A stretch of DNA of 64,000 bases, from assembly GCA_965217775.1 (NCBI GenBank), contig CBDCJH010000001.1:29816-93815 (forward strand), written 5' to 3'. This document shows, in pieces, positions 18,943-27,605 of this stretch (the stretch's first letter is position 1; every line of letters starts with the position of its first letter). The stretch comes from Acidobacteriota bacterium (GTDB taxonomy: Bacteria; Acidobacteriota; UBA6911; RPQK01; JAJDTT01). The position numbers were made by a program, and so were the translations under genes. Under the pieces are notes generated by a model. That model saw only the letters and a list, made by a program, of their open reading frames with translations, was not told the DNA's origin and made no database searches.

Positions 18943-19823
18943 CAGTCCTTCTCTACCTTCACGGTTCCCGGGCGCAATTCGAGTTTCTTTTTGATTCCCG
19001 CCTGAGCCTGAGCCAGGGCCTCCAGCAGTCGCTCGGCCTCTTCCCGAGACATGGGCTGAGAGCCCTCGGGAGAGGCCTGGGTCTGATCCTCCCGGGGAGG
19101 TTCCTGTTGCTGGTCGCCGGAGGCGCGAGATTTCTCGTCCCTGTTTTCCTGCGGGTCCCCAGGGCGCTGTTGAGGCTCTTCGGAATCCTGCCGGTCATTC
19201 TGATCCCGGGACTGCTGCCCCTCTTCCTGCGGGTCCCGGCCCTCCTGATCTTCCGGCCGGTCCTGCCGGCCCTGCTCTGACTGATCCTCGCCGTCGGACT
19301 GACCCTCGTCCTGGTTCTTATCCTTGTCCTTTTCCTGATCTCCGTCTCCCTGCTGGTTCTGGTTCTTCTGCTGCTGTTGCTGCTCCTGCAACTGCTTGAG
19401 TACGAATTCCAGATTGTGCTTGGCGTCCCGGTCCCCGGGAGCCACCTTCAGAGCTTCCCGGTAGGCACTCAGGCTCTCTTGGAGCTTGCCCTGGCGATAG
19501 AGCGAGTTGCCCAGATTATACTGGGCCCGGGACTTGATCTCGGGATCCTCCGACTGCAGCGCCTGGGAGAAGGAATCGGCGGCATCCTCCATCTCTTCTT
19601 TCTTGAAGTGCGCATCCCCCAGATTGAAACGGATGGCCGGGGAATCCGGGCTCTCTTCCAGTGCCTCCCGGTACAGCTCCAGAGCCTTGTCGTAGTCTCC
19701 TTCCGAGAAATTCCGGTTCCCCTCCAGAACTTTCTCCCTGCCGGCCTGACTCCAGAGAGGCTGGGAGCCGGACAGCAGTCCCGCCAGCAACAGTCCCGCG
19801 AACAGACGACGAAACCCGATCAC
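18939..19823 (-). CDS. batC: BatC-like TPR protein with a long Gln/Asp/Glu-rich tail
   Basis: 294 aa with N-terminal TPRs (GDYDKALELYREALE, YNLGNSLYRQGKLQESLSAYREALK). A ~140-aa low-complexity QEQQQQQKNQNQQGDGDQEKDKDK... region follows. Confidence 0.75.
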   Translation of the reverse strand: MIGFRRLFAGLLLAGLLSGSQPLWSQAGREKVLEGNRNFSEGDYDKALELYREALEESPDSPAIRFNLGDAHFKKEEMEDAADSFSQALQSEDPEIKSRAQYNLGNSLYRQGKLQESLSAYREALKVAPGDRDAKHNLEFVLKQLQEQQQQQKNQNQQGDGDQEKDKDKNQDEGQSDGEDQSEQGRQDRPEDQEGRDPQEEGQQSRDQNDRQDSEEPQQRPGDPQENRDEKSRASGDQQQEPPREDQTQASPEGSQPMSREEAERLLEALAQAQAGIKKKLELRPGTVKVEKDW

Positions 19824-20851
19824 CGAAAACGCCCTCTCCAGACTCTGTCGACTCGCCGCCGCTCGGCCAACAGGACATCGGCCAGCAACAGCACCAGACC
19901 CAGCAGGACCGGAATCTGAAACCGCTCCTCATATTGGGCCACCTGGATGGAGGCGAGCTGCTTCTTGTCCATGGCGGCCACTTCTCCGTAGATCCCCTCC
20001 AATTCCGACTCGCCGGGGGAGGCCCGGTGATAGGTGCCTCCCGTCTCCTCGGCCAGTTCTCGAAGCGTGCTCTCGTCCAGCCGCGTCATCACCACTTCGC
20101 CTGACCTGTTCTTCTTGAAACCCTGGGCGCGGCCTTCGGAATCGAAGACCGGTATGGGAGTTCCCTGCATCGACCCGATTCCGACGGCGTGGATGACCAC
20201 TCCCTGGCCGGCCGCCTCCCGGGCCACCTCCAGGGGCCGTCCCAGGTGGTCTTCGCCGTCGGTGATCAGAATCATCACCTTGTGCTTCTTCTCCTCGGCC
20301 GAGAAGAGCTCCATCCCCTTGCGCAGGGCTTCGCCCAACGCCGTTCCCGGCACCGGTATCGACTCCGGACCCATGGAAACCAGCAGCGTCCTGGCCGCTC
20401 CGTAGTCGAGGGTCAGGGGACATTGGACGAACGCTTCTCCGGCGAACCCCACAAGCCCGATGCGGTCCCCCTCCAGCAGGCCGATGAGCGTTCCGATGGC
20501 GTGCTTGGCCTTTTCCAGGCGGTTCGGCTGGATGTCCCGGGCCAGCATGGAGGCGGACAGATCCAGGACCACCACCAGATCCTGTCCCTCTCTTTCCACC
20601 GTCTCCAGACGGGTCCCGAACTGGGGCCGGGCCAGACCGCCCAACAGCAGGCCGGCGGCGGCCACCACCAGAAGCCCCTTCGACCACTGCCGCCGGCTGC
20701 TGGAGTTCCCGGTGAGCCGGGGCGCCATGTGGGGGCCCACCAGGACCTGGATCCCGCGCCGCTTGCGCCGGATTACCCAGAACAGAAAAGCCAGCAGCAG
20801 CGGCAACAGAACCAGCAAATGCAGTAACTGCGGTTCACCGAACCGAAACAA
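19820..20851 (-). CDS. batB: BatB-like VWA-domain membrane protein
   Basis: 343 aa with an N-terminal TM and a VWA MIDAS motif (VVLDLSASM). Also ILITDGEDH. Confidence 0.8.
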   Translation of the reverse strand: MFRFGEPQLLHLLVLLPLLLAFLFWVIRRKRRGIQVLVGPHMAPRLTGNSSSRRQWSKGLLVVAAAGLLLGGLARPQFGTRLETVEREGQDLVVVLDLSASMLARDIQPNRLEKAKHAIGTLIGLLEGDRIGLVGFAGEAFVQCPLTLDYGAARTLLVSMGPESIPVPGTALGEALRKGMELFSAEEKKHKVMILITDGEDHLGRPLEVAREAAGQGVVIHAVGIGSMQGTPIPVFDSEGRAQGFKKNRSGEVVMTRLDESTLRELAEETGGTYHRASPGESELEGIYGEVAAMDKKQLASIQVAQYEERFQIPVLLGLVLLLADVLLAERRRVDRVWRGRFR

Positions 20852-20878
20852 GATCCCTTCCCTCTGGTCTGTCTGGTT

Positions 20879-21889
20879 TCACGGTATCTTGCGAAACCAG
20901 GTTCCGGAGAGTCCCAGCTCGCCCAACAGAATCACGACGGCCAGGGCCAGCGGATAGGGGAACAGCTCTCCGTATTGAGTGTATTGGTTCACCTTGATCT
21001 CGCTCTTTTCCAATTCGTCGATCTCACGGTAGATCTCCTCCAGGCTCTCACGATCCGTGGCCCGAAAATATCGCCCGCCCGTGGTGTCGGCGGCTTGTCG
21101 GAGAGCCTCTTCGTCGATGTCGACCCGGATCCGGGTCTGGCGCCGGCCGAAGACGGGGTCGTCCACAGGATAGGGGGCCGCGCCCCGGGTTCCGGCTCCG
21201 ATGGAATAGATGCGGATTTCGAAGGCCTGAGCCATCTGGGCCGCGGTGGCGGGGTCGATCTCTCCAGCGTTGTTGCGGCCGTCGGTGAGCAGGATCAACA
21301 CCTTGGACTCGGCTTCGCTCTCCTTGAGCCGGCCGACGGCGGTGGCGATGCCCATGCCCAGGGCGGTCCCGTCGTCCAGCAGGCCCACCTTCAGCTCGTC
21401 CAGAAAATCCAGAAGGATCCCGTAGTCCAGGGTCAAGGGACACTGGACGAACCCGTGACTGGCGAAAACCACCAGCCCGATACGGTCGTTGGTCCGGCGG
21501 CGGATGAAGTCGGCAGCGACCTGCTTCGCCGCCTCGATCCGGTCCGGCTCGATGTCCTGCGCCAGCATGGAACTGGACAGATCCAATGCCAGCACGATGT
21601 CGATCCCTTCCGCCGTCACCTCCTCACGGGTGGCGCCACTCTGGGGCCGCGCCGCCGCGAGAACCAGAAGCCCCAGGGCGATCAACCGAAGGGCGAAAAG
21701 AAAATGGCGGGAACGGGCCGCCATGGGCTTGTAGGCCTTCTTGAGAGATCCCACGTGCGGAAACCGCAGACTGGAGTTCCGGCGGCCCGCCCGCCTCAGG
21801 GTCCAGACCAGGATCAGGGGAAGGATCAGCAGCAGGCTGAGAAACCAGGGATCCGCGAAACGGTACGACATGGTCAAATCTCGGGGCAA
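20879..21889 (-). CDS. batA: BatA-like VWA-domain membrane protein
   Basis: 336 aa in the track (TTG start). The ATG at 21871 (MSYRFADPWFLSLLL) is the more likely start. Motifs LALDLSSSM and ILLTDGRNN. Confidence 0.8.
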   Translation of the reverse strand: MPRDLTMSYRFADPWFLSLLLILPLILVWTLRRAGRRNSSLRFPHVGSLKKAYKPMAARSRHFLFALRLIALGLLVLAAARPQSGATREEVTAEGIDIVLALDLSSSMLAQDIEPDRIEAAKQVAADFIRRRTNDRIGLVVFASHGFVQCPLTLDYGILLDFLDELKVGLLDDGTALGMGIATAVGRLKESEAESKVLILLTDGRNNAGEIDPATAAQMAQAFEIRIYSIGAGTRGAAPYPVDDPVFGRRQTRIRVDIDEEALRQAADTTGGRYFRATDRESLEEIYREIDELEKSEIKVNQYTQYGELFPYPLALAVVILLGELGLSGTWFRKIP

Positions 21890-21938
21890 AGCGAAATCAG
21901 GTCGTCGATCCCCAATTGTCCGAATCGAGGTTCTCTAT

Positions 21939-22096
21939 CAGTCCGTGGTGAAAGTCCCGCGAGCACCGAGACCGTTCCTGCGCCCGCCGGACAAGGCGCG
22001 ATTCGGGTGCATACCGGGAGTATGTGCCCGAATCGCAACGCAGTCCGCCGGGATGCAGGGACGGTCGAATGCCGTGGCGACTTTTGCCACGGGCTG
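21939..22096 (-). mobile_element. 158-bp MITE, copy 1 (reverse orientation relative to copy 2)
   Basis: About 93% identical by hand alignment to the reverse complement of 56169-56326. Termini are CAGYCCGTGG...CCACGGRCTG. Flanked by a direct 4-bp duplication CTAT (21935-21938 and 22097-22100). Confidence 0.8.
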
Positions 22097-22202
22097 CTAT
22101 GGCCCCAGGGGTCCACTCTACCGGTTTCGGACCCGCCGGCGGTCAGCTTTGAACTCCCACTCGGTGGGAGAATCCGTGCGGCCGTGATCCTGCACACGAT
22201 CC

Positions 22203-22523
22203 TCATCCGAGAACCCACAGGAGGGCCGCAACTATCCCCACGATGCCGGCGGCTTGTATTGCCAGGGCTCGATAGATCCGAGATTCCAGATCGCGGATGG
22301 TCGATTCCAGGGCCTCGCTCGTGGGACGCGACGCAATAGCCTCCCGGATCTGAGCCAGGTCGTCGTGCAGGGTCGTCGTGGCCTCATCGAATGCTTGGCG
22401 CACAGCTGCCGCATCGATGCCGGACCCTGTGTCTTTGCCCATTCGCTTGTCAATGACTTTCGTAACGGCCGTGACAACAGCGTCGATCAGAGCCCCAAGC
22501 AAAATCGGGGGAACAAGAACCAT
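22203..22523 (-). CDS. small hypothetical protein with hydrophobic N- and C-termini
   Basis: 106 aa. A strong AGGAGG lies 5 nt upstream of the ATG. MVLVPPILLGALIDAVVTAV ... ALAIQAAGIVGIVAALLWVLG. No family recognised. Confidence 0.6.
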   Translation of the reverse strand: MVLVPPILLGALIDAVVTAVTKVIDKRMGKDTGSGIDAAAVRQAFDEATTTLHDDLAQIREAIASRPTSEALESTIRDLESRIYRALAIQAAGIVGIVAALLWVLG

Positions 22524-22534
22524 GATGACCTCCT

Positions 22535-23530
22535 CTAATGTGTATCGTCTTGCCCGTAGCGGCGATCCCCTGGCTGACGATCACCGGTCTCCGGCGCGGA
22601 CTGCGGGGCGGCCGATAGGACCGGTTCCGCCGGGCGGGTGACCTCCAGAATCCGGAAGGCCAGCTTCGTCACTCGCTCCTGCTCCGGGACCGGGGGGACA
22701 TATTTGGCGAATTTGACCAGGTCACAGCAAGGGAAGAAGTCCCGAAACAGTTGCAGCTCATCCAGGGCGAGAGCCATCTTCCGCAGTTGGTCCAGGACCT
22801 GCGTGGTCGTCGATTCCATGGCTTGAATCGGATACCGCCGTTCCAGGTAGCGGCGGATGATCTCCGAGAGCCGGGTGAAATAGGGCTTGAGCCGACCCTC
22901 TTCCAGAAGTCCCGAATCCCGCAGGCGGCAGAGCGCCTGATACGCCTCGTCATACGGCGAGAGCCGGGGTTTGCGGGATACCGCTGATGGAGCCTCTCCG
23001 CCCCTCCGGCGAAGATACAGGAGGATCAGGGCCGCCAGGCCCAGGGCGGCGGCGAACCAGGGCCACAGCGACCAGAGGCTTCGCGGAATCTCCAGCGGTC
23101 CCTTGATGTCGAGGATGTCCTTGGAATCGTCCGACAGAGTGCTCTCGACCCGAATCGAATGCTCCTGGGTCCGGACCGAGCCGGCTTGGATCCCGTCGCC
23201 ACGGTAGGTCACCGGGACCGGCGGAATCTCGAAACTGCCCGGTTCATAGAGAGCCAGAGTGTAGGCCACGGTCCAGGTCCGATTTCCTTCCTCCTCGACC
23301 GGACCCGCGACCTCCTGGCCGAGGACCTCGAACTCGCCCAAGTCAGGGTCCGCTTCCGGCAGATCCACTTCCACGCCGGGGACCGCCGTCACCGTCAGGG
23401 TGAAGCGAATCGGATCCCCCACCGTGACCTGGGTCAGATCCACCTGGGAATCCAACTGGACGGGGGGTTGTCCCCGCAGCACCAGCAGGCAGCAGATCAG
23501 GATCGCAATTGAGATGGCATTGTGTCTCAT
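22535..23530 (-). CDS. Bat-operon membrane protein (DUF4381-like)
   Basis: 331 aa with a signal peptide, a central TM (WPWFAAALGLAALILLYL) and C-terminal FFPCCDLVKFAKY. Sits between the DUF58 gene and batA, as in Bat operons. Confidence 0.6.
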   Translation of the reverse strand: MRHNAISIAILICCLLVLRGQPPVQLDSQVDLTQVTVGDPIRFTLTVTAVPGVEVDLPEADPDLGEFEVLGQEVAGPVEEEGNRTWTVAYTLALYEPGSFEIPPVPVTYRGDGIQAGSVRTQEHSIRVESTLSDDSKDILDIKGPLEIPRSLWSLWPWFAAALGLAALILLYLRRRGGEAPSAVSRKPRLSPYDEAYQALCRLRDSGLLEEGRLKPYFTRLSEIIRRYLERRYPIQAMESTTTQVLDQLRKMALALDELQLFRDFFPCCDLVKFAKYVPPVPEQERVTKLAFRILEVTRPAEPVLSAAPQSAPETGDRQPGDRRYGQDDTH

Positions 23531-24408
23531 CGCCGCAGTCGCCGGCTCCGGGTCCGGAAGAACCGGATCAACAACTCCAGATAGCTCCGGTTGGAATCCA
23601 CCTCGATGCTGTCGACGCTGATGGAGTTGAGAAAGCTCCTGAGCTCCTCGTCCTCCCGGAGAACCTGGGCCTTGAAAGCCTCTCGAACCTCGGGGTCATT
23701 GGTGTTGAGGATCAGTTGCTCTCCCGTCTCGGCATCCTCGAACTCGACGAAACCCACTCGCGGAAGTTCCCGTTCCCTGGGGTCCCGGACCCGGATGGCC
23801 ACCACGTCATGCCTCCGGTTGGCGACCCGGAGCCCGCGCCGGAAACCGTCCGCGAGGAAGTCCGACACCAGGAACACGATGCTTCTTCGGCGGATCACCC
23901 GCATCAGGTACTCGAGGGCCAGACCGATGTCGGTGGCGTGATGCCGGGGCTGGAAATACAGCAACTCCCGCAGGACCCGGAGCACGTGGGAGCGGCCCTT
24001 GCGGGGGGGCACGAATTTCTCGATCCGGTCGGTGAAGATGATCAGGCCCACCTTGTCGTTGTTCTTGATGGCGGAAAACGCCAGCAGAGCGCAGATCTCG
24101 ACGGCGACCTCTCCCTTCATTCGCTCCCCGGACCCGAACTCTCCCGAGAGGCTGGCGTCGACCAGGAGCATCACCGTCAGGTCCCTCTCCTCGTCGAACA
24201 GCTTGACGTAGGGACGATCCATCCGGGCCGTCACGTTCCAGTCGATGGTCCGGACGTCATCCCCGATCTGGTACTCGCGGACCTCGGCAAAGCTCATGCC
24301 TCGTCCCTTGAACACTGAATGGTATTCGCCCGAAAAGACATTGTTGACCAGACCTCGAGTGGCGATCTCGAGACGGCGAACCTTGCGCAGGATCTCTCGT
24401 GGAATCAT
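23527..24408 (-). CDS. DUF58-domain protein (MoxR partner)
   Basis: 293 aa. GEYHSVFKGRGMSFAEVREYQIGDDVRTIDWNVTAR is the characteristic DUF58 motif. Confidence 0.88.
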   Translation of the reverse strand: MIPREILRKVRRLEIATRGLVNNVFSGEYHSVFKGRGMSFAEVREYQIGDDVRTIDWNVTARMDRPYVKLFDEERDLTVMLLVDASLSGEFGSGERMKGEVAVEICALLAFSAIKNNDKVGLIIFTDRIEKFVPPRKGRSHVLRVLRELLYFQPRHHATDIGLALEYLMRVIRRRSIVFLVSDFLADGFRRGLRVANRRHDVVAIRVRDPRERELPRVGFVEFEDAETGEQLILNTNDPEVREAFKAQVLREDEELRSFLNSISVDSIEVDSNRSYLELLIRFFRTRSRRLRR

Positions 24409-24489
24409 CTCAGCATGAATTCAATAGACCGATTCCGCATTCCGGAAACGGCGATACGTGCCATAGACATCGGACAAAAGGGTCGAAGA

Positions 24490-24514
24490 GGGCACCCACA
24501 AGGGGTACCCCTAC
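24490..24514 (-). repeat. REP-like hairpin, half element
   Basis: On the minus strand it reads GTAGGGGTACCCCTTGTGGGTGCCC. This is the same hairpin type as the 5' arm of the 44248 and 47984 elements. Confidence 0.6.
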
Positions 24515-24569
24515 GCTGCCACCAATTTATTTCCGGCATTCGCTGGTCCTCGCCCCGGGGGGGACGTTC

Positions 24570-25616
24570 CTATGGTACTTCTACGTTGTTCAGGACCTTC
24601 CGGACCACGTCCTCGGCCGTCACCTCTTCGGCTTCCGCCTCGTAGGTCAGAATGACCCGGTGCCTGAGGACGTCCATGCCGATAGCCCGAACGTCTTCCG
24701 GAGTCACGTAGGCGCGATGGTCCAGGAAGGCGTGGGCCCGGGCCGCCCGAGCCAGAAAGATGGAGGCTCTGGGAGAAGCCCCGAAATTGACGAGATCGAC
24801 CAGCTCGTCCATTCCGCACTCCCCGGGCGTTCGTGTCGCGAAGACGATGTCGACGATATACCGTTGAATCTTGGTGTCCATGTAGATTTCCTGCACCGCG
24901 GCCCGGGCGCGTCGGACCTCCTCCGGCGACACGACGGGTCCGGCCTCGGGAACGACGCTTCCGGACATGCGGCGCATGATCTCCAACTCTTCCATTCGCG
25001 ACGGATACCCCACCGACAACTTCAACATGAAGCGGTCGACTTGTGCCTCGGGAAGGGGGTAAGTGCCCTCCTGCTCGATGGGATTCTGGGTCGCCAGAAC
25101 CAGGAACGGGTCATCCAGGGGATAAGTGGTCTCGCCGATGGTCACGGTCCGCTCCTGCATGGCCTCCAGCAGAGCCGACTGGACCTTGGCCGGTGAGCGA
25201 TTGATCTCGTCAGCCAGAATCAGGTTGGAGAAGATGGGTCCCTTCTTGGTCTTGAAGGTCCCGTCGCTCTGATCGTAGACCAGCGTGCCGATCAGATCCG
25301 CGGGGAGCAGGTCGGGCGTGAACTGAACCCGTTGAAACCCGGTGTCGATGGTCTGGGAGAGGGTCTTGACCGTCAGGGTCTTGGCCAGACCGGGCACCCC
25401 CTCCAGCAGCACGTGCCCATTGGTGAGAAGCCCGATGAGCAGGCGCCGGACCATATATTCCTGGCCCACGATCACCTTGGAAACCTCGTCGAGGATTCGC
25501 TCCACCACGACACTCTCGGCATCGATTCTTCGCTGGATTTCTCGGATCTCGATGTTCATCTTGGATGGTTCCGCTTTCTTTACTTCTCGAGGGAAAATGG
25601 GATTCTCAGACTTCAA
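24570..25616 (-). CDS. MoxR-like AAA+ ATPase
   Basis: 348 aa. Walker A LLEGVPGLAKT and Walker B ILADEINR. First gene of the MoxR-DUF58-Bat cluster. The true start may be the internal MNIEIREIQ. Confidence 0.9.
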   Translation of the reverse strand: MKSENPIFPREVKKAEPSKMNIEIREIQRRIDAESVVVERILDEVSKVIVGQEYMVRRLLIGLLTNGHVLLEGVPGLAKTLTVKTLSQTIDTGFQRVQFTPDLLPADLIGTLVYDQSDGTFKTKKGPIFSNLILADEINRSPAKVQSALLEAMQERTVTIGETTYPLDDPFLVLATQNPIEQEGTYPLPEAQVDRFMLKLSVGYPSRMEELEIMRRMSGSVVPEAGPVVSPEEVRRARAAVQEIYMDTKIQRYIVDIVFATRTPGECGMDELVDLVNFGASPRASIFLARAARAHAFLDHRAYVTPEDVRAIGMDVLRHRVILTYEAEAEEVTAEDVVRKVLNNVEVP

Positions 25617-25670
25617 AATATTTCACGACGGCCTCTGGAGGCGAGTTCCACTAAACCGGGAAAACGATGC

Positions 25671-25696
25671 GTAGGGGCGGCCCTTGTGGCCGCCCG
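25671..25696 (+). repeat. REP-like hairpin, half element
   Basis: GTAGGGGCGGCC-CTTGT-GGCCGCCCG with a perfect 8-bp stem. Intergenic. Confidence 0.6.
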
Positions 25697-25732
25697 TTTC
25701 AACAGGTGGTATGCGAGGAGGCAACAACAGCG

Positions 25733-26776
25733 TCAGCCCACAGAAGCCACGGCCTCTCGAACCAGCCGCTTGAGGGTGGCCAGATCCTTACCGATGGACT
25801 CCAGAACCCGATCCCGGTCCATGGTGAGTCGACGGCTGCCACGCTCGGCGCCGCCGAGGGAGTATTCGCAGTGAAGGCTGATTGGACCTGCGAAACCCGA
25901 TTTCAGCAATAGGGCCAGAAAGGGACGGATGGGAACCATGCCCTCGCCCAGGGGACAGTTTTCCACCCGCCACCCCTCGGATGTTTCCTTCCATCTGAAG
26001 TCTTTCACCACCACGGTGTGGATTCGGTCGGCCAGAGCCCTGAAGTTGGTGGGCCAGGCGAGCCCCCCTTCCACGGTGGCGTGACGAATGTCGAACTGGC
26101 AACCGAGCCAGCGCCGGGGGAATCCCTCCAACGCTTGACGCAGGTCCCACAATGCCGCTCCAAAATGGGAAGCGCCGGCGTGGTTCTGATAGTCGCCGCA
26201 GATCTCGAACCTGCGATTTAGATCGGCCAAGCCGGCGAGATTTCTTCTGATCTGCGCCAGCGTCTCCGACATGTCCTTGTCTTCCGGGTAGCGATAGTAC
26301 CCCAGCCGATAGTAAGGGATCCCCAGTCCACTGGCGGTCTCCAGGATCTCCCGCGTGCCCGCTCCTTCCGGGTCGGTAATGGCCGTCGTTATCGTGGACA
26401 CGCGGACACCCGATTCCGCAACAGCCGACACGGCCCGGGGAAGATCCGTTGTCACCTTCCCGGGCAGAACATGCCCTGAAGGACGGACGGTGAGGTCGAC
26501 TCCGTCAAAGCCCAACTGGGACACGGCCACGCCCAATTCCGGGTAGTCCAGCCACTGCAGGTGCTTGGAGAAGATGCAGTACGTCCACTCGGGGACGGCG
26601 GGACTCCGGCCGCGAGCGAAAGGATTGCCTCGGACCGACTTCCCGGAGACCGCCAGAAGACCGGTTCCCAGGCCGGCAAGGAATTCCCGTCGTCCGGTTC
26701 GTTCAGTCTTAACTCGACCGCAGCTCATCGACGCCTCGCGTTCTTCATTTGGAGCACTACCATCTGGAAACACCAT
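25733..26776 (-). CDS. sugar phosphate isomerase/epimerase (xylose isomerase-like TIM barrel) with a Tat signal
   Basis: 347 aa. Twin-arginine motif TGRREFLAGLGTGLLAVSG, followed by TIM-barrel-like content. Confidence 0.65.
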   Translation of the reverse strand: MVFPDGSAPNEEREASMSCGRVKTERTGRREFLAGLGTGLLAVSGKSVRGNPFARGRSPAVPEWTYCIFSKHLQWLDYPELGVAVSQLGFDGVDLTVRPSGHVLPGKVTTDLPRAVSAVAESGVRVSTITTAITDPEGAGTREILETASGLGIPYYRLGYYRYPEDKDMSETLAQIRRNLAGLADLNRRFEICGDYQNHAGASHFGAALWDLRQALEGFPRRWLGCQFDIRHATVEGGLAWPTNFRALADRIHTVVVKDFRWKETSEGWRVENCPLGEGMVPIRPFLALLLKSGFAGPISLHCEYSLGGAERGSRRLTMDRDRVLESIGKDLATLKRLVREAVASVG

Positions 26777-26863
26777 GATAGGCTATCGGGCCATTTCGAC
26801 CGTTGCCGTCCGATTCTACACTGGACCGGCCGCGGACAAGGAAGGATTTCGACGGAGGAGAAC

Positions 26864-27559
26864 ATGTCCCTGCTTCAGACCTTGAACCGTCTCGTCGAAT
26901 ACGACACGGCATTGCTCGCCAACACCATCGGATACATCGATCCGTCTCCGCCTGAGGAGTTTTACATGTCGGGCGCCATTCAATCGGTCACCCCTTCCTT
27001 GGGACCCAGCGTCGGAGTGGCCGTCACCTGCAAGCTGGACAGCAGCACGCCGGGAAGGCAATCGGACCTGAGCGGGTTCTGGGAGATGGTGGACCGGATC
27101 GACAAGATGGAAGAGCCCGTGGTGTGGGTGTGCGAGGCGGTCGGCTCCAGGCCGGAACACGAGTGCGTGTTCGGCGACGGAATGGCCAAAGCGCTGCACA
27201 CTGCCGGTTGCAGCGCCCTCGTCACCAACGGCGGGGTCAGAGACATTCCCGGACTGATGAGCATTCCCTTCGCAGCCTATGCGCGAGGCCTCACCATCCA
27301 CCACTGCGCGCTGACGGTCTCGGGGGTGAACGAGCCGGTTCAGGTCGGCGGGATTCAGGTGACCCCGGGCGACGTCATCCACGCCAACAACGAGGGGGTC
27401 ATCAAGATCCCCGCGAGCTGCCTCCAGGTTCTGCCTGAGAAAGCGGGACAGATGCTCGTCTTCGAGAAGGAGGCGCACGAGATCATGCGCCGGCCCGATC
27501 TACCTCCTCTGGAGAAACCGAAACAGACCGCCCAACTGTTGAAGAAGTTCGGATTCTGA
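26864..27559 (+). CDS. RraA-family protein (RraA / HMG-CHA aldolase-like)
   Basis: Start ATG at 26864, preceded by GGAGGAG. Motifs VYDTALLANT-like, FGDGMAKALHTAGCSALVTNGGVRD and PGDVIHANNEGVIKIP. Confidence 0.75.
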   Translation: MSLLQTLNRLVEYDTALLANTIGYIDPSPPEEFYMSGAIQSVTPSLGPSVGVAVTCKLDSSTPGRQSDLSGFWEMVDRIDKMEEPVVWVCEAVGSRPEHECVFGDGMAKALHTAGCSALVTNGGVRDIPGLMSIPFAAYARGLTIHHCALTVSGVNEPVQVGGIQVTPGDVIHANNEGVIKIPASCLQVLPEKAGQMLVFEKEAHEIMRRPDLPPLEKPKQTAQLLKKFGF

Positions 27560-27605
27560 CGCGGCGAATATCGCCTGCCTGCGGCAGACGCCTCGAACGA
27601 CTCCA

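Noticed and set aside
21939-22096. The 158-nt repeat as a riboswitch or conserved 5'-UTR RNA, since both copies lie upstream of a gene in the same relative orientation.
   Set aside because: Each copy is flanked by its own 4-bp direct duplication. Removing copy 2 restores an intact signal peptide. The central stem is not maintained by compensatory changes between copies. This fits transposition better, although a secondary regulatory effect is not excluded.
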